The notes below the pieces were generated by a model, which did not search any database, was not told the origin of the DNA, and saw nothing but the letters and a program-made list of their open reading frames with translations. Below are positions 9,627 through 19,784 of a stretch of DNA of 64,000 nucleotides, one piece after another. A program made the position numbers and the translations under genes. Within the stretch, counting starts at the first letter, position 1, and the number at the start of each line of letters is the position of its first letter. Source of the DNA: Bacteroidota bacterium (GTDB lineage Bacteria; Bacteroidota; Bacteroidia; 2-12-FULL-35-15); NCBI GenBank assembly GCA_947504725.1, contig CANNHN010000005.1:37704-101703 (forward strand), written 5' to 3'.

Positions 9627-11474
9627 ATGAAACGCTTCATACTCTCTTTCATATTCTTTTTTGTCTCGACTCTTTTTTTATACTCAGAAAACAGATATGA
9701 ATTTTCTGTTGACTTAACAAAGTGTGTGAAAGATAAATTACTTGTTGAGTTAATGACACCTAATTTGAATAGCAATGAAGTAATTTACCGACTCCCTAAA
9801 ATTGTTCCAGGCACTTATGAGATATTGAATTTTGGTCGATTTGTATCTAATTTTAAAGTATATGATAGCTTGGGAACTGAAATGGAATTTGAGAAATTGG
9901 ATGTAAATAGTTGGAAAATAATTAATGCAAAAAAAATAAAAAAACTTTCTTATGAAGTGGAAGATACTTGGGATACAGAGATTAAAGAACCGTATGTTTT
10001 TGAGCCAGGTGGAAGTAATTTTGAAGCAGGAAAAAACTTTGTTTTAAACCCTCATTGTTTATTTGGATTTTTCGAAGGTATGAAGGGCGTTCCTTATCAA
10101 ATAAATATAATACGTCCTTCTGATTTTTTTGGTGCATGTAGTTTAACAGATGTTGTATCGAAGGGGAATGTGGATACATATTCAATTGTTGATTATAAGG
10201 AACTTCAAGATGCACCTATGATGTATAATGTTCCTGATACAACAGTTTTGAACATTGGAGAAACTCAGGTTTTAATTTCAGTGTATTCGCTAAATAAAAT
10301 TTCTTCCTCAAAATTTATTTCCGAACAAATTTCAGAAATATTATTTGCTCAGGAGGAATATCTAGGAGGCGTTTTGCCAATTAAAAAATATGTGTACTTG
10401 ATTTATTTAACTTCAACAGGAGGCATTTCTGGGTCAAGTGGAGCTTTGGAGCATAGTTATTCTTCGATGTATTTTTTACCTGAGATGGATCAGAAATATT
10501 TATCTCAAACGATTCGTGATGTTTCAGCACATGAATTTTTTCACATTGTAACTCCATTGAATATTCACGCTGAACAAATCGGTGATTTTAATTTCAATGA
10601 TCCGCAGATGTCGAAACATCTTTGGTTGTATGAAGGTACTACTGAGTATGCGTCTGGTTTGGTTCAGATAAAATATGGTAACATGTCTTTGTCAGATTAT
10701 TTAAAAGTAATTGAGTCGAAAGTTTCGGGTAGTAAAGGATTTAACGATTCCATTTCTTTTACATTAATGAGTGAAGGGTGTTTAAAGCAATATAAAGATC
10801 AATATTCCAATGTTTATCAAAAAGGAGCATTGATTGGGATGTGCTTGGATATTCAATTAAGATATTTATCAAAAGGAAAATACGGATTGCAAGAATTGAT
10901 GGTTGATTTATCTAAGACATATGGTAAAAATAAATCATTTAAAGACGATGAATTGTTTGATCAAATTGTAAAATTGACTTATCCTGAGATTGGCGATTTT
11001 TTTCACAATTATGTTGAAGGCAACAAGCCTTTGCCTGTTAAAGAAATGTTAGAGTTGGTAGGAATTGGGGTTGCAGATGCTAGCGGAAACAAACAAATAT
11101 CAATCGGAGGAATTAGTATAGGATTAAACACAGCCACTAATAGATTAATGATTGTAAATACCGAAGCAATGGATGATTTTGGAAAAGCAATTGGTTATCA
11201 AGAATATGATGAGTTAATAAAATTCAATGGTAAAAAGTTGACTGTTAATAATTCTCAAGAAGTAATTGGTGGTTTTGTTCAAAATGCAAAAGAGGGGGAC
11301 GAATTGCTAGTAGTTGTAGGTAGAAGGAAGTCAGATACTTCTAAAACTAAAAAAATTAAGTTAAAAGCAAAATTATTTCCTGTTCTTCCTGCTGCTAGTA
11401 ATAATTTAATCCCATTTACAAATGCTACAGATGAACAATTGAAATTGCGTACCGACTGGATAGGAAAACATTAA
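9627..11474 (+). CDS. M61 glycyl aminopeptidase-family zinc peptidase with PDZ-like C-terminus
   Basis: GALEHSYS, SAHEFFH (HExxH), WLYEGTTEY, YQKG motifs; signal peptide. Confidence 0.9.
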   Translation: MKRFILSFIFFFVSTLFLYSENRYEFSVDLTKCVKDKLLVELMTPNLNSNEVIYRLPKIVPGTYEILNFGRFVSNFKVYDSLGTEMEFEKLDVNSWKIINAKKIKKLSYEVEDTWDTEIKEPYVFEPGGSNFEAGKNFVLNPHCLFGFFEGMKGVPYQINIIRPSDFFGACSLTDVVSKGNVDTYSIVDYKELQDAPMMYNVPDTTVLNIGETQVLISVYSLNKISSSKFISEQISEILFAQEEYLGGVLPIKKYVYLIYLTSTGGISGSSGALEHSYSSMYFLPEMDQKYLSQTIRDVSAHEFFHIVTPLNIHAEQIGDFNFNDPQMSKHLWLYEGTTEYASGLVQIKYGNMSLSDYLKVIESKVSGSKGFNDSISFTLMSEGCLKQYKDQYSNVYQKGALIGMCLDIQLRYLSKGKYGLQELMVDLSKTYGKNKSFKDDELFDQIVKLTYPEIGDFFHNYVEGNKPLPVKEMLELVGIGVADASGNKQISIGGISIGLNTATNRLMIVNTEAMDDFGKAIGYQEYDELIKFNGKKLTVNNSQEVIGGFVQNAKEGDELLVVVGRRKSDTSKTKKIKLKAKLFPVLPAASNNLIPFTNATDEQLKLRTDWIGKH

Positions 11475-11483
11475 AATAGTGTA

Positions 11484-12542
11484 ATGAGCAAGAAAGCACT
11501 TTATTGGATATGTCAGGTTGGTGGTTGGCTGTTTTTAGTCTTAGCACAAAGTTTGTATCTTAAATTAAGTGATGCATTGACTCTAGAAACTGCCACCAGC
11601 CAGTTTTTGCTCTTGTTTTTTGGAATAGTATTGTCTCATCTTTATCGTAATTTAATTGTTTCATATGGATGGTTGAAAACAAAGATTATTCTTCTTATTC
11701 CTAGAGTTGTTCTAGCAAGTATTTTGCTAGCTATTTTAGGAGATTATTTCCAATATGGAGTTGAATTATTACTTGGAATTGCAGGTGATAAACATCAAAA
11801 TACAATTACGATTGTTGCTAATATTTTGAATTTAATTCCTTTCTTTTTTTCATGGTCGCTAATTTATTTTTTATTTCACTTTATAGAAAATTATAAAAAA
11901 GCTGAAATAGAAAATTTAAAATGGGAAGCTTCTATAAATGAAATCGAGTTAAATAAATTGAAATCTCAATTGAATCCTCATTTTATGTTTAATGCTATGA
12001 ATAGTATTCGAGCGCTCGTTGATGAGAACCCAAGCAAATCAAAAGATGCAATCACTCAGCTCTCAAATATTTTGAGAAACACTTTGCAAATGGGTAAAAA
12101 GAAAGTGATTCCTTTTGATGAAGAATTTAAAATTGTAAATGACTATTTAGCACTTGAGTCGATTCGTTATGAAGAACGATTAAAAACAAGTGTACGTATT
12201 GATCCTGAAAGTAAAACGTTTAGTATTCCTCCTTTGATGATTCAAACGTTAGTGGAGAATGGTATTAAACACGGTGTTTCAAAATTAATTAATGGTGGTG
12301 TTTTGGAAATTGAAACTGTTGTTAAGAATGATGCGCTGGTTGTTAAAATTTTCAATAGTGGTCAACTGTTAAGTGAAATATCTGATAGCGGGTTTGGAAT
12401 TAAAAATACGAAACAGAGGTTACATTTGTTGTATGGGAAAGCAGCATCACTGACGATTTCAAATGTCGATTCTTCTAATGTTTTAACGGAGTTAATTATT
12501 CCTAAAAATGTAATTAGTTATGAAACTTCAGAGTACATTTAA
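11484..12542 (+). CDS. LytS-type membrane sensor histidine kinase
   Basis: Several TM helices, LKSQLNPHFMFNAMN H-box, QTLVENGIKHG, GFGIKN. Confidence 0.93.
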   Translation: MSKKALYWICQVGGWLFLVLAQSLYLKLSDALTLETATSQFLLLFFGIVLSHLYRNLIVSYGWLKTKIILLIPRVVLASILLAILGDYFQYGVELLLGIAGDKHQNTITIVANILNLIPFFFSWSLIYFLFHFIENYKKAEIENLKWEASINEIELNKLKSQLNPHFMFNAMNSIRALVDENPSKSKDAITQLSNILRNTLQMGKKKVIPFDEEFKIVNDYLALESIRYEERLKTSVRIDPESKTFSIPPLMIQTLVENGIKHGVSKLINGGVLEIETVVKNDALVVKIFNSGQLLSEISDSGFGIKNTKQRLHLLYGKAASLTISNVDSSNVLTELIIPKNVISYETSEYI

Positions 12543-12592
12543 ATTAATTTAAAACATAGTTTGATTTTATTTAGCAACCTAAATTAGAACCA

Positions 12593-13315
12593 ATGAAGGC
12601 AGTACTTATTGATGATGAGCGATTGGCACGACAAGAACTAAAAAGTTTACTATCTGCTTATCCAGAAATAGAGATCGTTGGAGAAGCCAACAATTCAGAA
12701 ACGGCAATTGAAAGTATCAAATTGTTGAAACCAGATGTTATTTTTTTAGATATTCAAATGCCAGGAAAAAATGGGTTTGAGTTGTTAGAAGAAATTAGCG
12801 GGGTGCCAGAAGTTGTTTTTGTTACAGCTTACGATGAATATGCAATTCGAGCATTTGAAGTTAATGCTTTGGATTATCTTTTAAAACCAGTTCAATCCAA
12901 TCGTTTGGCTGAAACAGTTAAAAAAATATTAAATAAAGAAAACAGTGATAAGCAAGAGTCAAAAGAGTTGTCACTTCCTTTAAATGACAATGATCAAGTT
13001 TTTGTTAAGGATGGCGAGAAATGTTGGTTTGTCAAATTGAGTGATGTTCGTTTGTTTGAATCTGAAGGTAATTATGTAAGAATTTATTTTGATAAAAATA
13101 GGCCATTGATCCTACGTTCTTTGAATAATTTAGATGAGCGTTTGAATAATCGGACCTTTTTTAGAGCGAGTAGAAAACATATCATTAATTTAAAGTGGGT
13201 AGAAAGTATCGAAAGTTGGTTCAATGGTGGATTGATGGTTAAACTTAGGGGTGGAGAACAAATAGAGATTTCGCGCAGACAAGCAGCAAAATTGAAGGAT
13301 ATGATGAGTTTGTAG
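12593..13315 (+). CDS. LytTR-family response regulator
   Basis: IDDE, FLDIQMP, FVTAY receiver motifs; C-terminal FFRASRKHIINL LytTR domain. Confidence 0.95.
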   Translation: MKAVLIDDERLARQELKSLLSAYPEIEIVGEANNSETAIESIKLLKPDVIFLDIQMPGKNGFELLEEISGVPEVVFVTAYDEYAIRAFEVNALDYLLKPVQSNRLAETVKKILNKENSDKQESKELSLPLNDNDQVFVKDGEKCWFVKLSDVRLFESEGNYVRIYFDKNRPLILRSLNNLDERLNNRTFFRASRKHIINLKWVESIESWFNGGLMVKLRGGEQIEISRRQAAKLKDMMSL

Positions 13316-13351
13316 TTTTGTGCTTTACAATAAATTTTTACATTTAGTAAA

Positions 13352-13966
13352 ATGAAAAATGCTTGGCAACTTTATTTTTCTAGACCAAACAAGCGAACGG
13401 AATTTCTGTTTACCATCGGAATTCTGACTCTTACGCTAATCTCATTTGTATATTTTCTTACATTCAATGAAAACAGATTTGGCTATGTTTTTAAAGATCC
13501 AATTTTAAATTTATTTGAGCCGGTTGCTATTTCGGAGGTTACTTTTTTTATTACATACTTTTTTGCTATATATGGAATAATCATTTCCTTTCGTGAGCCA
13601 GCTTTGTTTGTTACTTTACTACAGGCATATACTATTATGACTTTATTTCGTATAACTTGTTTATATGTTATTCCATTAGAAGCTCCAGATAAAATCATTC
13701 CGTTGAAAGATACCTTTTTGCAATCTACTTTTTATTCGGGAAGAGAGAATTTAAAGGATTTATTTTTTTCTGGACATACAGCAACTATTTTTTTGTTTGC
13801 TTTTGCATTTAGAAAAATAGGAATAAAAATAATGTTTCTTTTCGGTGCAAGCCTTGTTGGAATATTGGTTATAGTGCAGCACGTACATTATAGCATAGAT
13901 GTTCTTGCAGCTCCCATTTTTGCTTTTCTTTCAATAAAAATTCAGATGAAATTAAAATTGAATTAA
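13352..13966 (+). CDS. PAP2-superfamily membrane protein of sphingomyelin-synthase (PAP2_C) type
   Basis: DLFFSGHT and HVHYSIDV motifs match the SMS catalytic signature; multi-TM. Confidence 0.8.
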   Translation: MKNAWQLYFSRPNKRTEFLFTIGILTLTLISFVYFLTFNENRFGYVFKDPILNLFEPVAISEVTFFITYFFAIYGIIISFREPALFVTLLQAYTIMTLFRITCLYVIPLEAPDKIIPLKDTFLQSTFYSGRENLKDLFFSGHTATIFLFAFAFRKIGIKIMFLFGASLVGILVIVQHVHYSIDVLAAPIFAFLSIKIQMKLKLN

Positions 13967-13970
13967 TCTC

Positions 13971-14090
13971 TTATTCTTCTTTTTCATCAAAATGTATTTC
14001 GTATGGTGATACTAAAAAACCTATTACTGCAATAAATGCAACAATTGCTATGGTTGCTGGATTGAATAAAATTGAGATGAAAGTTTCCAT
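13971..14090 (-). CDS. Small 39-aa single-TM protein (not in the ORF track)
   Basis: METFISILFNPATIAIVAFIAVIGFLVSPYEIHFDEKEE*; A-rich start context aataaaaaacATG. Confidence 0.6.
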   Translation of the reverse strand: METFISILFNPATIAIVAFIAVIGFLVSPYEIHFDEKEE

Positions 14091-14151
14091 GTTTTTTATT
14101 GCAAAGTACCGCAATCCGAATTATGGAATTATAAAGGCAGTATTATCAAAT

Positions 14152-14727
14152 CTACATTTGAGTGTAAACAAATTTCTGAAGTTCAGGAAAGAACTCTTTA
14201 AATTCTTTTTCAAACAAAGGATAGTGCTCTTTTAAATCCTGAATAGCATATTCCATGTTAGAAACAAAACTGGCTCTTCTCGACATTCCATTTAACACTT
14301 TTTCTATTCCTTCGAAATTTGCATAGGCAGATAGGATATTGTATTCCAACATGTATTTAGTAAACAGCTGAGACTTTATCGGAAATGTATGCTTGTGTTT
14401 ATCGATGAGTAAATAAATATTTTTTGTGTATTGGTCTAACGATTTATTCGAATAGTTTTCCCAATTAATAGCCAAGTAATGATCATAATAAATATCCACA
14501 ATCACACTTGCATACTTTTTGTATTTAGGTCGTAATCGTGTTTTGCTAATTTCAACAATAGGATGTATGTCTGTAAACGCATCTATTTTTCGGTGTAGGA
14601 TAATTCCTTTTTGAATTTCCTCAGGAAACGAATTGAATGCACTTCCTTTTATTGAATCCGCAATGAAATTGCCGATGATTAAACCTTCCGATTCTCCTGA
14701 TAAATATAGGTGAGATAAGAAATTCAT
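14152..14727 (-). CDS. acpH: Acyl carrier protein phosphodiesterase (DUF479)
   Basis: MNFLSHLYLSG, GNFIAD..KG, LHRKIDAFTD.HP, DIYYDHYLA. Confidence 0.92.
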   Translation of the reverse strand: MNFLSHLYLSGESEGLIIGNFIADSIKGSAFNSFPEEIQKGIILHRKIDAFTDIHPIVEISKTRLRPKYKKYASVIVDIYYDHYLAINWENYSNKSLDQYTKNIYLLIDKHKHTFPIKSQLFTKYMLEYNILSAYANFEGIEKVLNGMSRRASFVSNMEYAIQDLKEHYPLFEKEFKEFFPELQKFVYTQM

Positions 14728-15510
14728 TTATAATTCTTTTGCTTTGTTCCAATAAACATCCATTTCAGCTAATGTCATTTCACTTAATGGTTTTCCTATT
14801 TTACCCGCTTCTGCTTCAAGGTATTGAAATCGTTTAATGAATTTCTTATTTGTTCGTTCTAAAGCATCTTCAGCATTTATATCTATAAAACGTGCATAGT
14901 TGATTAATGAAAATAATACATCGCCAAATTCACCTTCTATTTTTTCTTTCGATGCTTTTGTATCTATTTCATGTTTTAGTTCATTAATTTCTTCTTGAAC
15001 TTTTCCCCATACTTGTTCTGGCTTATCCCAGTCGAAACCAACGGCACGCGCTTTTTCTTGAATACGAGATGCTTTAATTAATGATGGTAAAGAATTCGGA
15101 ACACCACCTAAAACAGATTTGTTTCCTTCTTTCAACTTTAATTTTTCCCAATTTTCTTTTACTTCTTGTTCATTTTGAACTATTACGTCACCGTATATGT
15201 GTGGATGTCGACTAATCAATTTCTCGCATAAGGAGTTTATTACATCAGCAATATCAAATTCGTTTGTTTCAGATGCAATTCGCGCATAAAAAACAATATG
15301 TAATAAAACATCGCCCAATTCTTTCTTGATATTCGGCAGATCATTATCTAAAATGGCATCTGCAAGCTCATACGTTTCTTCAATTGTTAAATGACGCAAC
15401 GATTCAATTGTTTGCTTTTTATCCCAAGGACATTTCTCGCGCAATTCGTCCATAATTATCAATAAACGCTCAAATGCCTTTAATTTTTCTTCCATTTTCT
15501 TATTTATCAT
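14728..15510 (-). CDS. mazG: Nucleoside triphosphate pyrophosphohydrolase MazG
   Basis: LREKCPWDKKQT, EETYEL.DA, ELGDVL, RHPHIYG, EFGDVLF; start 15510 or 15495. Confidence 0.95.
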   Translation of the reverse strand: MINKKMEEKLKAFERLLIIMDELREKCPWDKKQTIESLRHLTIEETYELADAILDNDLPNIKKELGDVLLHIVFYARIASETNEFDIADVINSLCEKLISRHPHIYGDVIVQNEQEVKENWEKLKLKEGNKSVLGGVPNSLPSLIKASRIQEKARAVGFDWDKPEQVWGKVQEEINELKHEIDTKASKEKIEGEFGDVLFSLINYARFIDINAEDALERTNKKFIKRFQYLEAEAGKIGKPLSEMTLAEMDVYWNKAKEL

Positions 15511-15602
15511 GATATTCCCTAATATGTTAGCTAAAATAAGCATTATTCAGTTGAAATTTGGCTGTGTTTTAGCCAATATTTTTAATAATTTTGTATGATA
15601 CA

Positions 15603-16718
15603 ATGTTTTCACAAAAATTATATAAAGTCGGAAGAATCATCTGCATTTTTATTTTGCTTATGCAAGAGTCTGCCATTGCTCAACATGCTTGTAAAAAAGA
15701 TTTTGTAGTGGTTGCTGATGCACATTTTGGTTATATTATTAGCCAGCGGCAAAGTATTGTCCATTTGATTAAAGGACAAATTGGTGGTGGGGAATTAACC
15801 TACATATTTAGAACTTCTGGAAAAAGATCGTGGCAAACACTACATGCGTATCCTGAATTTGGGTTTAGCTACATGCATTTGTATTTGGCGAATCCTTCCC
15901 AAATTGGAAATTTGGATGCGCTTTACCCTTATATGAACCTTAGGTTAAATAAGCAAAAAAGAAATTTTAAAATGTATTTAAGATTAGGTATGGGTGTTGC
16001 CTACCTCTCGAAGCCATTTGATCCCGAAACAAATCATAAAAATAATGCGATTGGTTCACATATAAACGGTTATGTAAATATTAGATTCAGCTCTTCCTTT
16101 AAGTTAGGTCGCTCTTGGCGTATAGATTCTGGTATAGGATTAACACATGCATCAAATGGCGCAGTTCAAACACCTAATTTGGGGCTAAATATGGCTACTG
16201 TTAATTTAGGGGTTGGTTATGTGTTTGGCAATAAAAAATTAGAAATGTGTAAAGACTCTGTTTTGCCTAAACTATCCAAAAGATGGCATCCTTCAGTTTT
16301 AGGGATTTTTGGTTTCAAAGAAATGGAAAACCCATTGGGAAATAAATACATGGCATATAATTTAAGTGCTAATTTGTATTATTCGGCCAGTTATAAAACA
16401 AAATTTGGGACTGGATTAGAGTTTGTTTATAGTAATGCTACTCGTAAAAATTTGGAGCACGATTCGATTTCTACTGAAAGAATAAGAGATGTTTTGAAAA
16501 TAGGAATAAAAGCAGGTTATGCTTTTCATGTAGATAGAATCTCTATTCCGATAGATTTTGGATACTATGTATATCAAAATGATAATTTAAAAGAAAAATT
16601 TTTTCACCGAATTGGTGTTAGATATATGCTTACAAAACATGTGATTGCAAATGTGACATTATACACACATTGGGCAAAAGCGGATTATTTTGAATGGGGT
16701 TTAGGATATGAATTTTAA
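15603..16718 (+). CDS. Acyloxyacyl hydrolase / PagL-like lipid A deacylase outer-membrane beta-barrel
   Basis: NNAIGSHIN, GLTHASNG..QTPNLGLN motifs; terminal aromatic GYEF; -7 box TAATTTTG at 15586-15593 supports ATG 15603. Confidence 0.8.
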   Translation: MFSQKLYKVGRIICIFILLMQESAIAQHACKKDFVVVADAHFGYIISQRQSIVHLIKGQIGGGELTYIFRTSGKRSWQTLHAYPEFGFSYMHLYLANPSQIGNLDALYPYMNLRLNKQKRNFKMYLRLGMGVAYLSKPFDPETNHKNNAIGSHINGYVNIRFSSSFKLGRSWRIDSGIGLTHASNGAVQTPNLGLNMATVNLGVGYVFGNKKLEMCKDSVLPKLSKRWHPSVLGIFGFKEMENPLGNKYMAYNLSANLYYSASYKTKFGTGLEFVYSNATRKNLEHDSISTERIRDVLKIGIKAGYAFHVDRISIPIDFGYYVYQNDNLKEKFFHRIGVRYMLTKHVIANVTLYTHWAKADYFEWGLGYEF

Positions 16719-16730
16719 AAAAAATTATTA

Positions 16731-17459
16731 ATGAAAATTTTAAAATTTATTACGATTATAATGATTCTGTTTTCTTCATGTAAAAAAGAAAATAGATGTG
16801 ATTGTATTAAACGAACTGGTAGTATTGTTACAGAAATAAGAACCGTTCCAGCATTTGACAGGATTTTTACCGAGCAGGACGTAGATGTGTATATTACGGA
16901 AGATACTTACTCTGAAGTGAAAGTGGAAGCGGGTGAAAATATTATTCCATTAGTTGAAACCGTAGTTGAAAACGGGCAATTGATTATTAGAAATAAAAAC
17001 AAATGTAATTGGGCGAGAAGTTATAAGAAACCATTGAATGTTTATATCAAAACTCCTGGTTTAAATTATATTCATTCCAATGGAAGTGGAAATATTAAAT
17101 CGTTAAACACCATAACCGTTGATTCTTTTGATGTGAGAACAGAAGGAGCAGGAAACATAGAGTTGAAAATTAATAACAGAGTAATAGTATCACATATTTA
17201 TGGAATTGGAGATTTAATATTAACTGGTTTTTCTGACCAGCACTATGTAAGTATTGGTGGCGCTTCCTTTTTATACACATCTGGATTAAATACAAATTTT
17301 ACATGGATACAGTCATATACAAGTGGAACGTGTTATATTAGAACCGCTGGATTATTAATGTATAGGATTGATGCCCAAGGTGACGTATATTGTTCTGGAA
17401 ATCCTGCATCAGTTCAACAGGTTGCAAACGAAGGAACTGGGAAATTATATTTTCAATAA
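16731..17459 (+). CDS. DUF2807 (head GIN domain) lipoprotein
   Basis: Lipobox FSSC; VEAGENIIPLVETVVENG.L and repeated G.G.I beta-solenoid pattern. Confidence 0.85.
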   Translation: MKILKFITIIMILFSSCKKENRCDCIKRTGSIVTEIRTVPAFDRIFTEQDVDVYITEDTYSEVKVEAGENIIPLVETVVENGQLIIRNKNKCNWARSYKKPLNVYIKTPGLNYIHSNGSGNIKSLNTITVDSFDVRTEGAGNIELKINNRVIVSHIYGIGDLILTGFSDQHYVSIGGASFLYTSGLNTNFTWIQSYTSGTCYIRTAGLLMYRIDAQGDVYCSGNPASVQQVANEGTGKLYFQ

Positions 17460-17476
17460 ATTTATACAAACTAATA

Positions 17477-18205
17477 ATGTTTAAGTGGAATAAAATAAAA
17501 ATTCATTATTTATTAAGGCTAACGGTCTTTTGGTTTTTGTTTTTTGCATTGTTTAGAGTGATTTTCATTGTGTATCACCATGCAAAAATTCCTGATGGAG
17601 AGCATTCAGAAACAAGTTTGAGCTTTTTATACGCTTTACGTTTAGATTTAGCTACAATTTGTATGTTGCTCATTTTCCCTTTTGTGTTGTGGTCGTTTCA
17701 ACAATTTTATAAAAGTAAGTTCATTCATCAAATTAATTTATCTTACAATATTCTTCTCATTTCTATCGTTTCAGTTTTAAGCATTTTCAATATTAAAATT
17801 TATGGTGAATATGGATCTTTGCTAAATACTGAAGATTTAGTTTATCTGGTTTATCCTAAAGAAGCAATTACATTCTTATCAGTTTGGTCGTTATTGCTTT
17901 TGTTAGCTTCAGCAGCCTTTTTTGCATTCATTGGAATTCGGTTTTATCGTAGAAATATTACAAATTTTTCTTTGCCTTTTGAAAATAAAAAAATAAAAAT
18001 TGGTCAAATAGTTTTATTCCCGATTTGTTTGTTTCTTGGCATAAGTATTGGCTCAAAAGCCGTTCCTGAAAATGAAATGAATATACATTATTCGTACATA
18101 AAAATAAACAATGATATTGCAACAAATAATATCTGGTATTTAGGGAACAGTATTTGCAATAGAAACGATACACTTTATATAAATAGTCATTTGAATGCGG
18201 AATAA
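17477..18205 (+). CDS. LTA-synthase-family N-terminal membrane domain only (no sulfatase domain)
   Basis: FRVIF...ALRLDL..I..., IYGEYGSLLN and NDIATNNIWY resemble the LtaS-family membrane region; ATG 17477; ends 242 aa later, overlapping the next ATG. Confidence 0.65.
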   Translation: MFKWNKIKIHYLLRLTVFWFLFFALFRVIFIVYHHAKIPDGEHSETSLSFLYALRLDLATICMLLIFPFVLWSFQQFYKSKFIHQINLSYNILLISIVSVLSIFNIKIYGEYGSLLNTEDLVYLVYPKEAITFLSVWSLLLLLASAAFFAFIGIRFYRRNITNFSLPFENKKIKIGQIVLFPICLFLGISIGSKAVPENEMNIHYSYIKINNDIATNNIWYLGNSICNRNDTLYINSHLNAE

Positions 18206-19565
18206 TTATTTTTTATCTTCCTTTTTTATTCTCCTTATTTCTTTTTCAACAGTATCTTTTGTGTTTGGACAAAAAGAAAAAAAAGTTGGTTTGTGGAAGT
18301 CTCTAAATACACCTACTGCGAAAGATACTTCAGCGGATGATTATTATGGCGATAATAGCATTCGTTACGAAGATTATATTTATAAAAAAAGTATTAAAAC
18401 TGTAGAGTTGCGAGATGAAAGCTTTATTTTGAGTAAAGCCATTTTAAATTTAGGCTCCGAAGAAAAATTAAAACTGAGTTTTGATGATTTGGATGCTGAT
18501 TTAAAGAATTACTCTTATACCCTCATACATTGCAATTCAAACTGGCAACCATCCGATTTAATGCCTAACGAATATATTGATGGTTTTTTAGATAACTCCA
18601 TTAATGATTTTAGATACTCTTTTAATACACTTCAAAAGTATACCCATTACAATGTTACTTTTCCAAATAGCTCATTGCGGATTACAAAATCTGGAAATTA
18701 TATTTTGAAGGTTTATCAAGATGGTAATCCAGAAAATATTGTGCTTACTAGAAGATTTTTAGTTTTTCAAAACAAGATAATTATTGAATCTAATGTTACA
18801 GCAGCAAGTGTTATTGAATATCGTTCATTTAAACACGAAATTGATTTTAAAATTAATTTTACAGGCTATCAAGTAAATAATCCTTATAGCGATTTAAAAG
18901 TAGTGTTAACTCAAAATGGGCGTTGGGATAATGCTAAAACAGATCTAAAACCAATCTTTGTAAAAGACAATGAATTGGTATATGATTATGATGAACAAAA
19001 TGTGTTTGATGGAGGAAATGAGTTTCGATTTTTTGATATTAAAAGTATTCGTTATCATTCCGAACGAATTTATAAAGTTAGGAAAGACAGCTTAGGGAAT
19101 CATGTTGAGCTTTATACAGATGAAAAGCGGACTTTCAAACGTTATTATTCTCAGCCAGATATGAATGGTGATTTCCTAATTAGAATTCAAGAAGGAAATA
19201 ATAGTGAGGTAGAAGCTGATTATTGCTTTGTTAAATTTTTTCTGCCCTATGATGTTCCTTTTACGGACGGCAATTTGTATGTTTTTGGTGGTTTTAATGG
19301 CTGGAAATGCACAACAGAGAATTTGTTACATTTTAATAATACTCGTTTTGGTTATGAATGTATTTTATACTTAAAACAAGGGTACTATAATTATGAATAT
19401 GTTTTTTTAAAAGATGGGGAGGTAGCAGCAGATGAAACAGTAATTGAAGGAATGCATTATGATACTGAAAATGACTACAGTATCTATGTTTACCACCGTC
19501 AACCTGGCACTTTTTACGACCAATTAATTGGGGTAAAGCGTTTGAATTCAATGAAGCAGTATTAG
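18195..19565 (+). CDS. DUF5103 protein (T9SS SprA plug-type)
   Basis: L.LSFDDL, HCN.NW.PS.L...EY..GF, SGNYILKVY, F.GGNEFRFFD, LKQGYYNYEY, TENDY motifs. Confidence 0.85.
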   Translation: MRNNYFLSSFFILLISFSTVSFVFGQKEKKVGLWKSLNTPTAKDTSADDYYGDNSIRYEDYIYKKSIKTVELRDESFILSKAILNLGSEEKLKLSFDDLDADLKNYSYTLIHCNSNWQPSDLMPNEYIDGFLDNSINDFRYSFNTLQKYTHYNVTFPNSSLRITKSGNYILKVYQDGNPENIVLTRRFLVFQNKIIIESNVTAASVIEYRSFKHEIDFKINFTGYQVNNPYSDLKVVLTQNGRWDNAKTDLKPIFVKDNELVYDYDEQNVFDGGNEFRFFDIKSIRYHSERIYKVRKDSLGNHVELYTDEKRTFKRYYSQPDMNGDFLIRIQEGNNSEVEADYCFVKFFLPYDVPFTDGNLYVFGGFNGWKCTTENLLHFNNTRFGYECILYLKQGYYNYEYVFLKDGEVAADETVIEGMHYDTENDYSIYVYHRQPGTFYDQLIGVKRLNSMKQY

Positions 19566-19784
19566 TTCTTAAATAGTAGGTTTAAATTAAGATTTCACCT
19601 CCAAAAAATTGAAAATCACCTATTCTTTGTTAGATATATTTTTTGAAAAGCAACCTTCTGCCTAGAAAAGCGTCTTAATATCAAAGGTTATGATGCTACA
19701 AATGTTGAAAACCTTTTGGCTTAATACTTGTTGTCTAGTATAAGAATTGTTTATCATTGTAATAGTCAAACCAAGCATTATAAA

